NCBI GenBank assembly: GCA_039621445.1
Contig: CP154954.1
Span: 35,015,703 to 35,079,702 of the forward strand
DNA: 64,000 bases
Direction of reading: 5' to 3'
Source of the DNA: Euglena gracilis
Lineage: Eukaryota
Part shown: positions 38,019 to 48,450 of the stretch, in pieces
How positions within the stretch are numbered: position 1 is the first letter of the stretch
Layout: each line of letters starts with the position of its first letter
Made by a program: the position numbers and the translations under genes
Notes under the pieces: model-generated
What the model was told of the DNA's origin: nothing
The model's input: the letters and a program-made list of their open reading frames with translations, nothing else
Databases searched by the model: none

Positions 38019-41000
38019 TTACATCCGCTCCAGCCGCCAATAGTCATGGCGGGAGTCCAAGGGATCTTCCACAAGGACCATCTGGAATTGTGGTGGCTGT
38101 GGCCTGTCGACAAGCCAGGTTTCTGGCGAGTCGTAGTCGAAATCAGGTGCGATCCAGTCCCGAACCCATCCTTCGGGTACTGTCTGCTTGGTGGCACTCG
38201 CTCTTTCCGCGAGAAACCACTGCAGCTTCTCCCAGAATTTCCTGGGCAAAGTCGCTGGCCAGATGAAGTAGTTTCTCCGAGGGTGATTGGCTGACACCTG
38301 CGGGGCATTCCCCGGGTGGAAGTCGATGGGAACGTGGTAGGCGCATTCCGCCCGGACTGTATGGGGTCGCAATACGGCCCCTAGCCAGTCCTTCCAGGTC
38401 ATCCCGTGTTTTTCGGGTGGCCATTGTGGTAGGCACCAGCGACCGTTTCGGTCCTGGGTTGTGAACAGGCGGAAAAGTATCTTTTCCCTGTCCGCTGTCT
38501 CCCAGAGGTAAGGTAATCTTACCCCTGCTTCCTCAGCAGCGAGGCGTATCGCCCCACTGTCGATCTGCCACCCACGGGCCATTCCCGTGTGGCGGTAGTC
38601 GTCAAGCTTGAGGTTGGCATACTTGAAAAAGTCCTTGAACTTTTTGTTCAAGGTGGAGTATTCCTCCAGTGGCTTCTCGGCACTCGGCACGATTGTGCGA
38701 ACTGCGCCTTCCGCAGTGTGCCAGAAGGTACCTCGCAGGCAATTGACGCAGAGTACTGGTACATTCGTACCATCTCGTTCCGTGTAGCAAAAATTGTGCT
38801 TGTGGGTCCAACTGTCCACGCACTTGGCGCATACCAAGGCGGCACAGTTGGGTATGTACATATCCTTGTGGAACGATTTCCGCTCCACAGGGTTGCACAC
38901 ATGGACGAGGGGTAATCCCAAGTCAGGGGCACTGTTGTACATCCTGTGGCAAACAGTGCAGAGCCACACAAATCGGTTTTCCGATGTTCTGTCGACGAGG
39001 AATTCCTCGCCAAAGTATTGGGCCAAAACACGTGGTGATCTGGAATTGTAATAATTCCAGGTGACATTCTGGTCAAAGGACCATTTCCGTCCTTGACAGA
39101 ACAGTGGTTCAATCCACCGATTGAGACATTGGTCTGTTCGCAGCTTGTGTTCGATCATCATGTACCTGTTTTTCAGGTCATGAGTCTCAGGATCATCCTG
39201 AGTCATCGCATTCCAGTCGATGACAACTTCGCCTTCCGAAGGTGTCATAGTCGTAGAGGCGCGGGATTTTCCCTGCCCCTTCGTAGGTGGTTTCGGCTGT
39301 GAGGTTTTCCCATAGCCGGATGATGTGACCTGTGTGAATCCTCCTCCCGAGGCTAATCCTCGAGAAGAAGATGCACCCTGGCCTCCAGCACCACCACCGC
39401 CTTTCGGTGGGGGCTGATCACCTGTTTTAGGTGAGGGTTTGCAAGGCGCGGCACCGGGCTTTGATTTGGCCGGGGCCTTCGGACTTCCGCTTTCCGGAGC
39501 ATCCGAGGGTCGCCGTTCGGCGTCACGCTTGCTTGACCAGGTGCGTGGTGACGGCTGGGCCGGGGGTCTTTTCCCCGACACCGAGCGTCGTTGACCTTCA
39601 GCAGGGGTTTCCCGAGCTGAGGGTCGCCCTACGCGTTCTTTCGCTGCGCTCGTGGGTTTCCCAGGAGCAGCCGTGGAAGATGGTGTGGGCGTCGCCGCTG
39701 CACTTCGCGTTGGCGGAGTCTGTGGTGGGGGCATGGATGTCCGTGCAGCCTGTTTTTCAGGTGCCGGTGTCCGTGTGCCCGCACGCGTCGGTGCAGTGAC
39801 CGCGGTGTGTGGAGGTACGGGCTCATCCCGTGCCTCTGATCCCGCTACCGGTGCTAATGTAGGTTCATCCTGCACTGGCACGGGTAGCGTTGTCACCACG
39901 GACATTGCCGTTGGTTCGCCCTCCGTCCGTGTCGTTTCCGACACCGGCGGTGGCGCGGCCATTGGGGGAGGTTCATCCTCCTCCATGGCTGCAGCTTCAG
40001 TTGTTTCGTCCGCTGGCTGGGCCGTTTCTGCCGCAGCAGTGGAAGAGCTAGCTGCAGTGCCACGTGGGGTGACAACTGCGATCAGTGATCGCAAACCGCC
40101 GAGTACGCGTCCGCCCAGTGAGGGGCGCCGTTCAGGTCCTTCCCCTGAAGTGGGCTCCTCCACTGGCTCCTCTGTCGTCGGGATTTCCCCGGGGACAGGA
40201 AGCTTGAGGCGTAATACCTCAGGCGTATGGGTTACCGTCTCCGGCGGGTTTTCCCGCGGAGGGGTCGGTCCTCCTGGCGTACCCGGTGAGGATGGTGACA
40301 GTGGGACAGGCGTCATTTCACCTGTCGGTGATCCCGGGCGCTGGGCGGTTTCCGCCACAGTGTCCAGCATCACAACCGATGGGCTACGGGTTTCCCGTGC
40401 CGGAGGTTCCGCAGGCTGAGGTTCATCCTCGGCCATTGGGACCACTTCTTCCGTCTCCTCCGCTTCCGGAGGTGAGTCCTCTGTGTGTAGCTGTGCTGCA
40501 GAACGCGGGTCTTCCCCGGTTCTGTAGCACCCCTGTGCGTCTGACAGGCGGAAAAAGCTAATACTTTCGCTCCTGTCAGAGTTGGGATATGGGGGTGGCC
40601 ATGACGGTCTTACCCAGCTTCCGGGTAAGGGCTCTGGCTCGTCCTCGTTGTTACGGCAGAGGTCTTCCCACTGCATTCGCCGATCCCAGCTCATGCCACG
40701 TTCTCCTGTGTCTTCCAGGAAGGCTGGTAGCGGCAAGGCATAACGTGGTTGTTTTTCCACGTCTGCTGCGTAGAAGGACTGGAAATCTTCCCAGATCAGG
40801 ATATTCCCGAACTGGTTTTCCATGTGCTTCGGAAGACCGATTTCGGCCTCGTACCAGTCCGGCCGCAGGTTCATCCTGCGTCGGTCTTGGTCATTCGGTC
40901 TGGCTTCTTCCTCGGTGTATCCCCGAGGTAACCACTTCCTGTGAATATTCACATCAGTGGTCATGTACTCCAGGAAATAAATGTACACCTCCAGGACGTA

Positions 41001-43619
41001 GGTAATCCACGCCCTGTGCCAGTATTGTTGAAGCAGAAATATTTTCTGCCGGTGCTGTTTCAGCACCTTTCGATCTTGCGTTCCGATCTGGGGCTTTCGG
41101 CACTGATGCAGGAGAAATCTCCTGGTCAGTGGGCTGCCGGCATTCTCGGCAGTCGGAGGCGGTTTTCCACGCTCACCGAAACCCCAGAAATCAACAATGT
41201 GTTGCTCTTTGCAAAACTGGCATTCCAGCTTGTAACGCTGAGGATAGGCGAGGTCCACGTCCAGTACCTTGAACAGCATGCCATACATGCTATCCAAGAA
41301 TACTTGGAGGTTGTTCGTGAACATTACCGCAGCCTGCACCTGGAGTTTCTCCGGCAGGGGGTAATACTTCCACTGGATTCCCAGTGCGCTGACGGAATAC
41401 ATGTGGTTGAAGATTTCCTTCAACTGTGCGACGAACGTTTCATCGTCAGGACATGTTCCCAAACAGTTCACGTACGACTGACCGTTTCGGTCAGTAAAGA
41501 TGCCGAAGTTCTGGCAGGGGTATCCCAACCAGAACCACAGCTCCCAGAAACCGGGCATCCGGTCCAGGACGACTTCATTCGAATGAGGGTATCCCTCAAA
41601 TGCATGAAGTTCAGAACTGTAGAAAAAGCTGTTGCAGTGATCGTACATACGATCCTGTACCACTTCGAGCACCGCTTCCGGTGGTCGGTGGATGACGTTA
41701 CCTGCACGCGTGTACTGCTGAAGATTTTCTTCAATTTTCGGCCAGATCTCATCCAGGTAGTCGAACACCTGGTTAACGTCGTAATCCTTCGTTTTCGAAG
41801 GGTCGGCGGCTTTTCCGCCTTTTCCTGTCGGGGGTCCGGCAGATTTTCCGCCTTTGCCTGGAGCTGGTCCAGCGGGTTTTCCGCCTTTCCCAGATGGGGC
41901 TTTCCCACCTTTCTCCTGGCCTTTACCTTTACCCTTACCCTTGCCTTTTCCTTTACCCTTGCCCTTCGTGTTGGACAGCCATTCTATTGTCGCCCGATAT
42001 GGGTCCCAATATTCCCAGTATTCTGGGTCTTCTTCTGTATACACAGGATAAGTCACGGATTCCGTGCTTGGTGTTCGAGCAAATTCCTGCTCAGCATCAC
42101 CACGATTCGAGTAAACCGGTGCGACTGGGGATGGTCGGGTTTCCCGACGTGCCCGTTCTGCCGTCACGTCGGGCGCTGGCGGAGCTTCCTCCTCAGCGTC
42201 GACGTGCATCGCCGCGGGCGGATTTTCCGACCTCGGCGAGCGGCGTTGTGGCTGCGGCGTCAGATTTTCCGGGCCGCGGTCACGTTTGCCGGCGGCAGAG
42301 CTTGTGGGTCGTGCTGGTGGCGCTTCCGCCACAGCCACGTCCCGCTGTCGCGCTGGTTGACTTAACCGTGATGGAGCTGGGACTCCTGTGAGAGCCGACA
42401 CAGCAGCATCATACTGCTGGCGCTCTTCCCGTGTCATTTCCGCCCGGGCAGGGTATCCCTGGCCAGCGGAAACAGGGGGGCGACGTGCGATTTGTCGTTG
42501 GATCGTCACAGCATATTCATACTGTTGACGGTCCTCCTCAGTCTCGAACGGCCGACCAGTCCACGGGTTAACGGGTTCATCCCGTGCCGGGGGAACTGGT
42601 ACCGCACGAGGCGCTGCCGCGGCTTCCCGCGGACGAGCGCTTCGGGCAGAGTCAGACGTCGGGGGAGGATTTCCCGCCGCAGGACGTCGTGGAATAGGGT
42701 CAGGTATAGATGGGTGGGGTTGAGGTGGATATACATACTGATCCTGTGGGCTTGGCGCCTCCTGGGGATAATCCCCAGAGACGGCGTACTGAGACACAGG
42801 CTCCTGCGCAGGATAATCCCGCCGGGGCATGCGCTCAGGGGATCGAAAAATACTTTCTTTCACACGTGGGTGTTCACTCCGGACAGGTGCTTCCACCGTC
42901 TCTTCCTCGGGTAATCCGGGGGAGTGAGCACGAAAATGTGCAGTGTAAGTGCCAACGGGTGGTACCTGCCTTGCGACCTGTGGCGGGACTTCCACGCCCA
43001 GGTCACGCATGGTAATGTCTGCCGCGAAACCCGACGCGTCCGGGTCGGTGTAATACACCAGACCGGTCATCGTCGCCTGGGCGCACATACACCACAGGGC
43101 TGGAGGGGTATTCGCGATGGTCAAAACTTTACGGCAGTGGTCATCCCACAATGCCTGTGTGAGTTGGTCTGGTGCCGGGTTTGCGCTCATACGCATAACC
43201 CGGTTCATCGTCTCCGCCGTGCGGTGGATCATCACACCCGCATACGGTGGGAGGCGACGAGAGCCTGATGGCTGAGATGGCCGCGCTTCCGCGGGCATCT
43301 GGGTCATCCTGCTACTGCTGCTGGCTTCAGGGTTTCCCTGAGCCGCAGTCCGTGCAGGTGGCTGCGTACCGTATCGGTATGCATACTGGTCAGGTTGAGG
43401 GTGAGTGGTGGGGTGGTAAGGCGGTCCTCCGCCTGAATCCCTTCCACCGGGCAGCATGATACCGCCCGGGGTCGGTACGGTAAATTGTGTGGGTGGTTTG
43501 TTGTCAAGTGAAAGGTATCTCCCTGGTTTGGGTATTGGTTGGCAAACAAAAATTCTGCGGAAAGAAAGAATGATAAGAATCAATGATAAAAAGAAAAGAA
43601 AACAACATGGGTTTCCCAT
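38019..43619 (-). CDS. Extra ORF3 of the retrotransposon, 1866 aa, function unknown
   Basis: Uninterrupted 5.6-kb frame starting 6 nt after the chromodomain stop. Hydrophobic N-terminus, Pro/Ala/Glu-rich disordered tracts, a (KG)n run at about 41920-41965, an aromatic-rich central domain with CQFC..H, and a C-terminal CTVC..HVC..CAALVCAKC..CVNC Zn/RING-like cluster. The true start could be a later ATG. Confidence 0.85.
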   Translation of the reverse strand: MGNPCCFLFFLSLILIILSFRRIFVCQPIPKPGRYLSLDNKPPTQFTVPTPGGIMLPGGRDSGGGPPYHPTTHPQPDQYAYRYGTQPPARTAAQGNPEASSSSRMTQMPAEARPSQPSGSRRLPPYAGVMIHRTAETMNRVMRMSANPAPDQLTQALWDDHCRKVLTIANTPPALWCMCAQATMTGLVYYTDPDASGFAADITMRDLGVEVPPQVARQVPPVGTYTAHFRAHSPGLPEEETVEAPVRSEHPRVKESIFRSPERMPRRDYPAQEPVSQYAVSGDYPQEAPSPQDQYVYPPQPHPSIPDPIPRRPAAGNPPPTSDSARSARPREAAAAPRAVPVPPARDEPVNPWTGRPFETEEDRQQYEYAVTIQRQIARRPPVSAGQGYPARAEMTREERQQYDAAVSALTGVPAPSRLSQPARQRDVAVAEAPPARPTSSAAGKRDRGPENLTPQPQRRSPRSENPPAAMHVDAEEEAPPAPDVTAERARRETRPSPVAPVYSNRGDAEQEFARTPSTESVTYPVYTEEDPEYWEYWDPYRATIEWLSNTKGKGKGKGKGKGKGKGQEKGGKAPSGKGGKPAGPAPGKGGKSAGPPTGKGGKAADPSKTKDYDVNQVFDYLDEIWPKIEENLQQYTRAGNVIHRPPEAVLEVVQDRMYDHCNSFFYSSELHAFEGYPHSNEVVLDRMPGFWELWFWLGYPCQNFGIFTDRNGQSYVNCLGTCPDDETFVAQLKEIFNHMYSVSALGIQWKYYPLPEKLQVQAAVMFTNNLQVFLDSMYGMLFKVLDVDLAYPQRYKLECQFCKEQHIVDFWGFGERGKPPPTAENAGSPLTRRFLLHQCRKPQIGTQDRKVLKQHRQKIFLLQQYWHRAWITYVLEVYIYFLEYMTTDVNIHRKWLPRGYTEEEARPNDQDRRRMNLRPDWYEAEIGLPKHMENQFGNILIWEDFQSFYAADVEKQPRYALPLPAFLEDTGERGMSWDRRMQWEDLCRNNEDEPEPLPGSWVRPSWPPPYPNSDRSESISFFRLSDAQGCYRTGEDPRSAAQLHTEDSPPEAEETEEVVPMAEDEPQPAEPPARETRSPSVVMLDTVAETAQRPGSPTGEMTPVPLSPSSPGTPGGPTPPRENPPETVTHTPEVLRLKLPVPGEIPTTEEPVEEPTSGEGPERRPSLGGRVLGGLRSLIAVVTPRGTAASSSTAAAETAQPADETTEAAAMEEDEPPPMAAPPPVSETTRTEGEPTAMSVVTTLPVPVQDEPTLAPVAGSEARDEPVPPHTAVTAPTRAGTRTPAPEKQAARTSMPPPQTPPTRSAAATPTPSSTAAPGKPTSAAKERVGRPSARETPAEGQRRSVSGKRPPAQPSPRTWSSKRDAERRPSDAPESGSPKAPAKSKPGAAPCKPSPKTGDQPPPKGGGGAGGQGASSSRGLASGGGFTQVTSSGYGKTSQPKPPTKGQGKSRASTTMTPSEGEVVIDWNAMTQDDPETHDLKNRYMMIEHKLRTDQCLNRWIEPLFCQGRKWSFDQNVTWNYYNSRSPRVLAQYFGEEFLVDRTSENRFVWLCTVCHRMYNSAPDLGLPLVHVCNPVERKSFHKDMYIPNCAALVCAKCVDSWTHKHNFCYTERDGTNVPVLCVNCLRGTFWHTAEGAVRTIVPSAEKPLEEYSTLNKKFKDFFKYANLKLDDYRHTGMARGWQIDSGAIRLAAEEAGVRLPYLWETADREKILFRLFTTQDRNGRWCLPQWPPEKHGMTWKDWLGAVLRPHTVRAECAYHVPIDFHPGNAPQVSANHPRRNYFIWPATLPRKFWEKLQWFLAERASATKQTVPEGWVRDWIAPDFDYDSPETWLVDRPQPPQFQMVLVEDPLDSRHDYWRLERM

Positions 43620-43625
43620 GCGTTC

Positions 43626-44100
43626 TCAAAAACTTGTCATGGAAACATCAATGTTATGTTTTTTATTCCACAGCTTCCAATCTTGCTGGACATACCCAAC
43701 AAAACTGGTTGCTGGCTCCCAAGTGTCCTCCTCGGGCCCATACCCTTTCCAGCGGACCTTCCAAAGGTGCATACCTTTGTCGATTTTGTGATCGATAATT
43801 TTATCGACTACAAAGTCGTCCGTCTCAGGTAATCTGGAACGGGGTTTGAAGTGCAAACACGGGATGGGTTTCCCATCCGGTGGCGACATGTATGGCTTGA
43901 AGTCGTCCATATGAACGTCCTCAACACCATTCAGTAAAGCGTGCTTGTACCGCCCGCTGGTACCTAGTCTTTATAGGATTTCACAAGGGCCGAGCCAGAG
44001 GGGGTCCAGCTTGGAAGACTGCATGCGAGTACGGCTATTCCGTACCCACACGCGGTCACCGGGACTGTAAACAGGTGACTTGAAATTCTGCAAAAACGAT
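43626..44100 (-). pseudogene. pol: Integrase C-terminus (GPY/F-type motif) and chromodomain, frameshifted from pol and containing one in-frame TAA
   Basis: Reads PGDRVWVR...SKLDPLWLGPCEIL*...VHMDDFKPY, then FVVDKIIDHKIDKGMHLWKVRWKGYGPEEDTWEPATSF, a canonical chromodomain signature (about 43690-43820). Confidence 0.9.
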
Positions 44101-47100
44101 TTCCGTTTTGCTGCATGAATCAGTCACGCGTTTCTGGACTGCAGAACGTAGATTTTCTACTTCCGCAAACCAGGTCTCGCAACTGACACTCGTTCGGGCG
44201 GGTCTCTCCGAAGGGACATCCCCTATGGCCGGAGGGTCCCGTCCGAAAACTAATTTATAGGGGGAGTGAGGTAAAACCAACCCTGGTAGGGTATTGATAT
44301 AAAACAAAGACCATGGTAGAACTGATATCCAGTTGCTGCGCGAGTCAGCCAGTGAAAGGCGAAGCATATTCACGACGGATTTCACGGCTGCCTCGGCTCT
44401 ACCATTGCCTTTGGGTCGGTATATAATGGAAAAATGTTGCTCGATTCCGAGTAAACCGCACAAAGTGGTGAAAAACCTTGAAGAAATCAAATGGTCTTGA
44501 TCACTCACAATTTCATTCGGTAAACCCATCAAGCAAATGCATTTCTCCAAAAATATAGCTGCCAAACTTTGGGCAGTCAACCCTGACTTCTGGCATGGAA
44601 TGGCTACAATGTACCCACTCAGCCTGCAGACGACAACAAAAACGTAATCGTAAATTTTGTCGTCTGTTCCTTTGCACGGTTCCAATTCCAGAAAATCCAT
44701 GCAGAGGGATGTAAAAATGTCAGGGGGTACGGGGAAAAAGTCCATCGTACCAGGGGGGGTACCTCTGCGGGGTTTTACCGCTTGACAAATTGACCTCGTT
44801 GCGCTATGCGCAAACAGCGTGAGTAGAGCTCTTTTTTCGCTCAGGGTTGTACAGTACCTGCGGCCCACCAACGAAAGAAGTTTGGGGGCCCCAGGGTGAC
44901 CATGGTTGTGATAACACAAAATCACATCATCAACCAGGTCCTGGGGGATACAATATTTGTAACCCGATTCATTGCGAAAAACCAACCGTAAAGGTGAAAG
45001 AGTGTAATTATCCAGCACTTCGCCATTACGAAGTCTGGTGACAATGGTGTCATACACCGGATCACGACTATAATCCCATTCGCGAAAGAACAGTGGGGAA
45101 GGGGACTCCGTGCGCGTAATACGCCGGGGCCCGGACGTGCTTCCACGTCGGCGCCTTCCTCGCACTGGTGCGACCAGGAATAGTTGTGAAACGGGAAAAG
45201 AATCCAAAAGATTATCCGCAGCGTCGTTTCGACGTGCGTAGTCGTCAGCTTCCTGACTTCCATGAAAAGTCGCGTCTCCCTCATCCGGGTTCCCAGGGTA
45301 ATACCAAGGGGCCCGACTGAGCGGATCCGCTACTTTTTGTGTGTGACCAGGGGTATAGATAACCACAAGGTTGAATTGACTCAAGAACTCATGCCATCTG
45401 CATCGCCTTCCGACCGATGACATGGCCTTGTTCAAATCCTCGGTGTACCAGTGTTGGAGACTCTCATGGTCGGTCTTGACGAGGATCTGGACGAGGCTGC
45501 TGGCTACCCAGCTTCGGAATTTCTGGAGTATAAGCACGATTGCGTAGGTTTCCTTCTCGCGTATACTCCATTTGACTTGACCTTTTCCATCGTCGCCCTG
45601 TAACTTTCTGCTGAAGAAAGCCACAGGTCGGAGCTCATTCGCCGCATTATGCTGGCTAAGAACTCCGCCAACAGCGTAATCGCTGCTGTCGACTTCCAAC
45701 ACGTATGGTTTGTACGGGTCCGCGATTTCGAGGACAACATTCTCCAAAAGCAAAACCTTGATTTTCTCAAGGGCCTCGCGCATTTGGTCATCCCAAATGA
45801 CTTTGGTGTTGTCAACAGCCCGGTTTTTGAGCTGTTTGGTGAGGGGCACCGCGATTTTCGCGAAGTCCTTCATATAAATCGCGTAGTATTGGGCTAATCC
45901 CAAAAATCCTTTGAGGTGAGTAATCGTTTTGATTACCTCAGGGGTCCATTTCTTAATGGCTTCGAGTTTACTCGGAGCGGCTTTCCGCTGTCCATTGCTG
46001 AGGATGTGACCGCAAAATTTTATGAGAATCCGAAACAAATGCATTTTCGCGCCTTTCGCGAAAAGCACATGTTTTTGAAAAGCGGTTAATACCGCACAAA
46101 CATGGTGGAAGTGTGTGACGAGGATATCCTCGGTCGATTTTGCGGATGGTGGTGGTGTTCCCACCAGCACATCATCAATGTACACAATGGCAAACGGTAA
46201 ATCGCGTAGAACCCATTGTATCATGCGCTGAAACATGGCTGGGCCATTCTTAACACCCATGGGGAGTACCGTCCATTGGTACACACCCTTGGATGTCACG
46301 AATGCCGTGTATGGTTGGGAGTCAGGGTGTAAGTGCATTTGGTGAAAACCGTCCTCCAGATCGAAAATTGACCACAACCGGTTTTCCGATTGTTTGGTGA
46401 TCAAATCCTCGATCAGGGGGAGCGGGAAGGGATCATCCCTTGTTTGGGAGTTCAGGTACCGGTAATCCAGCACCAGCCTCCATTTCTTCTGACCTGAGGG
46501 GTCTGGGGGTTTAGGAACAACAAATGCCTGGGATGTCCACTCGCTTTTCGAGGGTACTATCCACTTGCGCTGAATAAGCTTCTCAATCATTTCATTGAGA
46601 GCTTGTTCGCGTTCTCCCGAACAACGAAAAAATTTCCGGTGCATTGGCTTTGCTCCATCCTTAAGCTCGATCTTACAAACACCGAACGGACCGCGTATCG
46701 CGGGGTCGATGTCGCACGCGTATACTGGATTTTCCAGCACACCGTGGAATTCGCGGGTAATCCGCGAACAGAATTCGGCTGACTTAGGATGCTGACCTGC
46801 ACTCTCGATGACTGCGGAAACCGCCAGGGTATCCCTGGGGCTACCGAGCTTCCTCGGCACCGCAAATTCGGACATTCCGAATGCATCGAAGAAACATACG
46901 CGAAAAATGATTTCTTGCAAGGGTGGTAATATTTTACCACAAAAATCCTCAAAAATCGGTACATTAGTGGGTAAATCCCACCAATGAAAACATACATACG
47001 ATAGTTGGGTGAACCATTCCGCTTCCGGAATGATGGGTATGAGAATAACTCCACGGGCTTCATCCCGCAGAATTTTCTCAACCGCACATTCGATAAGTTT

Positions 47101-47418
47101 TGGGGGAGGGTGCATCCATAACACCGTATCACCCCAAAATTTATCAAATGCGTTGGAGTGTTGTGACCAATGACGTGGCAAACGGGCATGTGCATTGGAT
47201 GAGAAGGCATCGATTTCCAATGCCAAATCAAAAGAATCAGCCAATGTCGCGATTTTGGAAAACCATCGTTCCAAAATGCGATATTGACCAAAATTGAAAG
47301 CATTCCATACGCGTTTCGCGTATTCATGCACCCGATTTTCGGGTTGAAGGGTAGAAACACAATGAATGGATCCACAAACATGCGGGTTGTCTTCCACTAC
47401 CACAAGGGTTAATCCCAA
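44056..47418 (-). CDS. pol: Pol: MTase-like domain, reverse transcriptase, RNase H and integrase core
   Basis: RT: KWRLVLDYRYLN, FDLEDGFHQ, LPMGVKNGP, VYIDDVLV. RNase H: LEVDSSDYAVGGVLSQ, EKETYAIV, KTDHESL, ADPLSR. Integrase: HNHGHPG, CMDF, IVSDQD, GNGRAEAAV (DDE). Confidence 0.96.
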   Translation of the reverse strand: MGLTLVVVEDNPHVCGSIHCVSTLQPENRVHEYAKRVWNAFNFGQYRILERWFSKIATLADSFDLALEIDAFSSNAHARLPRHWSQHSNAFDKFWGDTVLWMHPPPKLIECAVEKILRDEARGVILIPIIPEAEWFTQLSYVCFHWWDLPTNVPIFEDFCGKILPPLQEIIFRVCFFDAFGMSEFAVPRKLGSPRDTLAVSAVIESAGQHPKSAEFCSRITREFHGVLENPVYACDIDPAIRGPFGVCKIELKDGAKPMHRKFFRCSGEREQALNEMIEKLIQRKWIVPSKSEWTSQAFVVPKPPDPSGQKKWRLVLDYRYLNSQTRDDPFPLPLIEDLITKQSENRLWSIFDLEDGFHQMHLHPDSQPYTAFVTSKGVYQWTVLPMGVKNGPAMFQRMIQWVLRDLPFAIVYIDDVLVGTPPPSAKSTEDILVTHFHHVCAVLTAFQKHVLFAKGAKMHLFRILIKFCGHILSNGQRKAAPSKLEAIKKWTPEVIKTITHLKGFLGLAQYYAIYMKDFAKIAVPLTKQLKNRAVDNTKVIWDDQMREALEKIKVLLLENVVLEIADPYKPYVLEVDSSDYAVGGVLSQHNAANELRPVAFFSRKLQGDDGKGQVKWSIREKETYAIVLILQKFRSWVASSLVQILVKTDHESLQHWYTEDLNKAMSSVGRRCRWHEFLSQFNLVVIYTPGHTQKVADPLSRAPWYYPGNPDEGDATFHGSQEADDYARRNDAADNLLDSFPVSQLFLVAPVRGRRRRGSTSGPRRITRTESPSPLFFREWDYSRDPVYDTIVTRLRNGEVLDNYTLSPLRLVFRNESGYKYCIPQDLVDDVILCYHNHGHPGAPKLLSLVGRRYCTTLSEKRALLTLFAHSATRSICQAVKPRRGTPPGTMDFFPVPPDIFTSLCMDFLELEPCKGTDDKIYDYVFVVVCRLSGYIVAIPCQKSGLTAQSLAAIFLEKCICLMGLPNEIVSDQDHLISSRFFTTLCGLLGIEQHFSIIYRPKGNGRAEAAVKSVVNMLRLSLADSRSNWISVLPWSLFYINTLPGLVLPHSPYKLVFGRDPPAIGDVPSERPARTSVSCETWFAEVENLRSAVQKRVTDSCSKTEIVFAEFQVTCLQSR
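46884..47285 (-). other. DIRS/phage-Dam-like N6-adenine DNA methyltransferase-like domain within pol
   Basis: EIDAFSSNAHARLPRHWS...NAFDKFWGDTVLWMHPPPKLIECAVEKI...GVILIPIIPEAEWF follows the DxFA..N..hP.a.S..DAF..W...PP..LI....KI....hhhhP....W pattern of DIRS-element MT domains. Recognised by eye. Confidence 0.8.
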
Positions 47419-48159
47419 GGGAGTTTGGACAGGTTGGGGGTTTCCCCATTCCGCATCAAATTCCGTAACAAGTGTGATCGCGATTGTAATTAGGAATCGC
47501 GCTTTTCGCGTTTCCGAACAACGAGGCTAATCCGCGTTGTTGGAGTACTCGGTGTACCTCCGCGCATTGCGGGCTACAACCAAGTGTATCCTGGGGGGTG
47601 GATTCCGTTTTCGGAATTGCGATTAGTGTCGGATTTTGAACTAAACATCCACAATCGAAATCCGATTGGGTGGAAATTCTCCTGCAGTGCACACATTGGA
47701 AGGAAGTGTGATGGTGTGACGGGTGTGCGTGAAAGTGGGTGTCGATGGCATTAGCCGGTGAGTCTTGTACAGGTGTGCCTGGATTCGGCACAACTGGTAG
47801 GGAAACGGAGTGGTGGTGTAGCTGGGCGACTACTCGACACCGATTACTTCAGGCCTTTGGGCTTTCGTCTTGTAACCCAGGAAACGGCGGGGGTACCGCC
47901 CTACTCTCGCTGCCTGCCTCATGTGGAACGCATTTGGGTGTTGCTTGGATGAAAGGCATCGATTTTCCAATGCCCCCTCCCTCCGTCCCCCCTCCATGCG
48001 ATTGACCAATTTTTCGCGTTCCACGTGTGACAGTTGTTGGGTTTGGATCACAGGTTTCCATTGGTCGGTGTGGGCCCAGGTGGTCAATCATGGATACAGG
48101 GGTTTGGGTCCTTGGGTTTCGCTGTGGGCTGGCAAACCTCTGTGGTCGCGAACACAACT

Positions 48160-48450
48160 CAATCGTACTGTGCGTAAAAAAGGGTATCCCAAATTACGTC
48201 AATCTGTATCTCCGGCGCACCCAATTTTGGTGTTGTACTGTGGTGTTGTGTGATGCTGCGGAATGATGGCAAGATTATCTCGACTACCCCACCACCACAC
48301 CGATTGGGTTATCCCTTGTATCTTGTGTGTGTAAATTGGTAATTCTTTGTCCTGTCTTGGTACCAAGAGCGGTCGGTATCAACCCCAACCGTAGAGCAGT
48401 GCATGCGACCACCCATGTCATGAGAATTTTAACTTTGTAGAAATGGGATG
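48160..48450 (-). pseudogene. Degenerate, frameshifted retropepsin (aspartic protease)
   Basis: Allowing 1-nt shifts, the minus strand gives KVKIL-x-DMGG (about 48440-48405, at the DTG position) and IQIDVI-LGYPFLR (about 48210-48172). It lies at the expected position between gag and RT. Confidence 0.5.

Noticed and set aside
41915-41970. Using the (KG)n run to assign the host taxon
   Set aside because: Low-complexity motifs are not diagnostic, so the host cannot be determined from this window.
40941-42365. 474-aa plus-strand ORF, and 39652-40419 (255 aa)
   Set aside because: These are antisense shadows of the GC-rich ORF3 with no recognisable motifs.
38019-43619. Calling ORF3 an envelope (env) gene
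   Set aside because: The position fits, but I see no C-terminal transmembrane anchor or fusion-protein-like ectodomain. The composition is largely disordered with zinc-finger-like clusters.
46587-47381. 264-aa minus-strand ORF overlapping the pol N-terminus
   Set aside because: It is an alternative frame over the MTase-like and RT region, and the motif-bearing frame is the pol frame.
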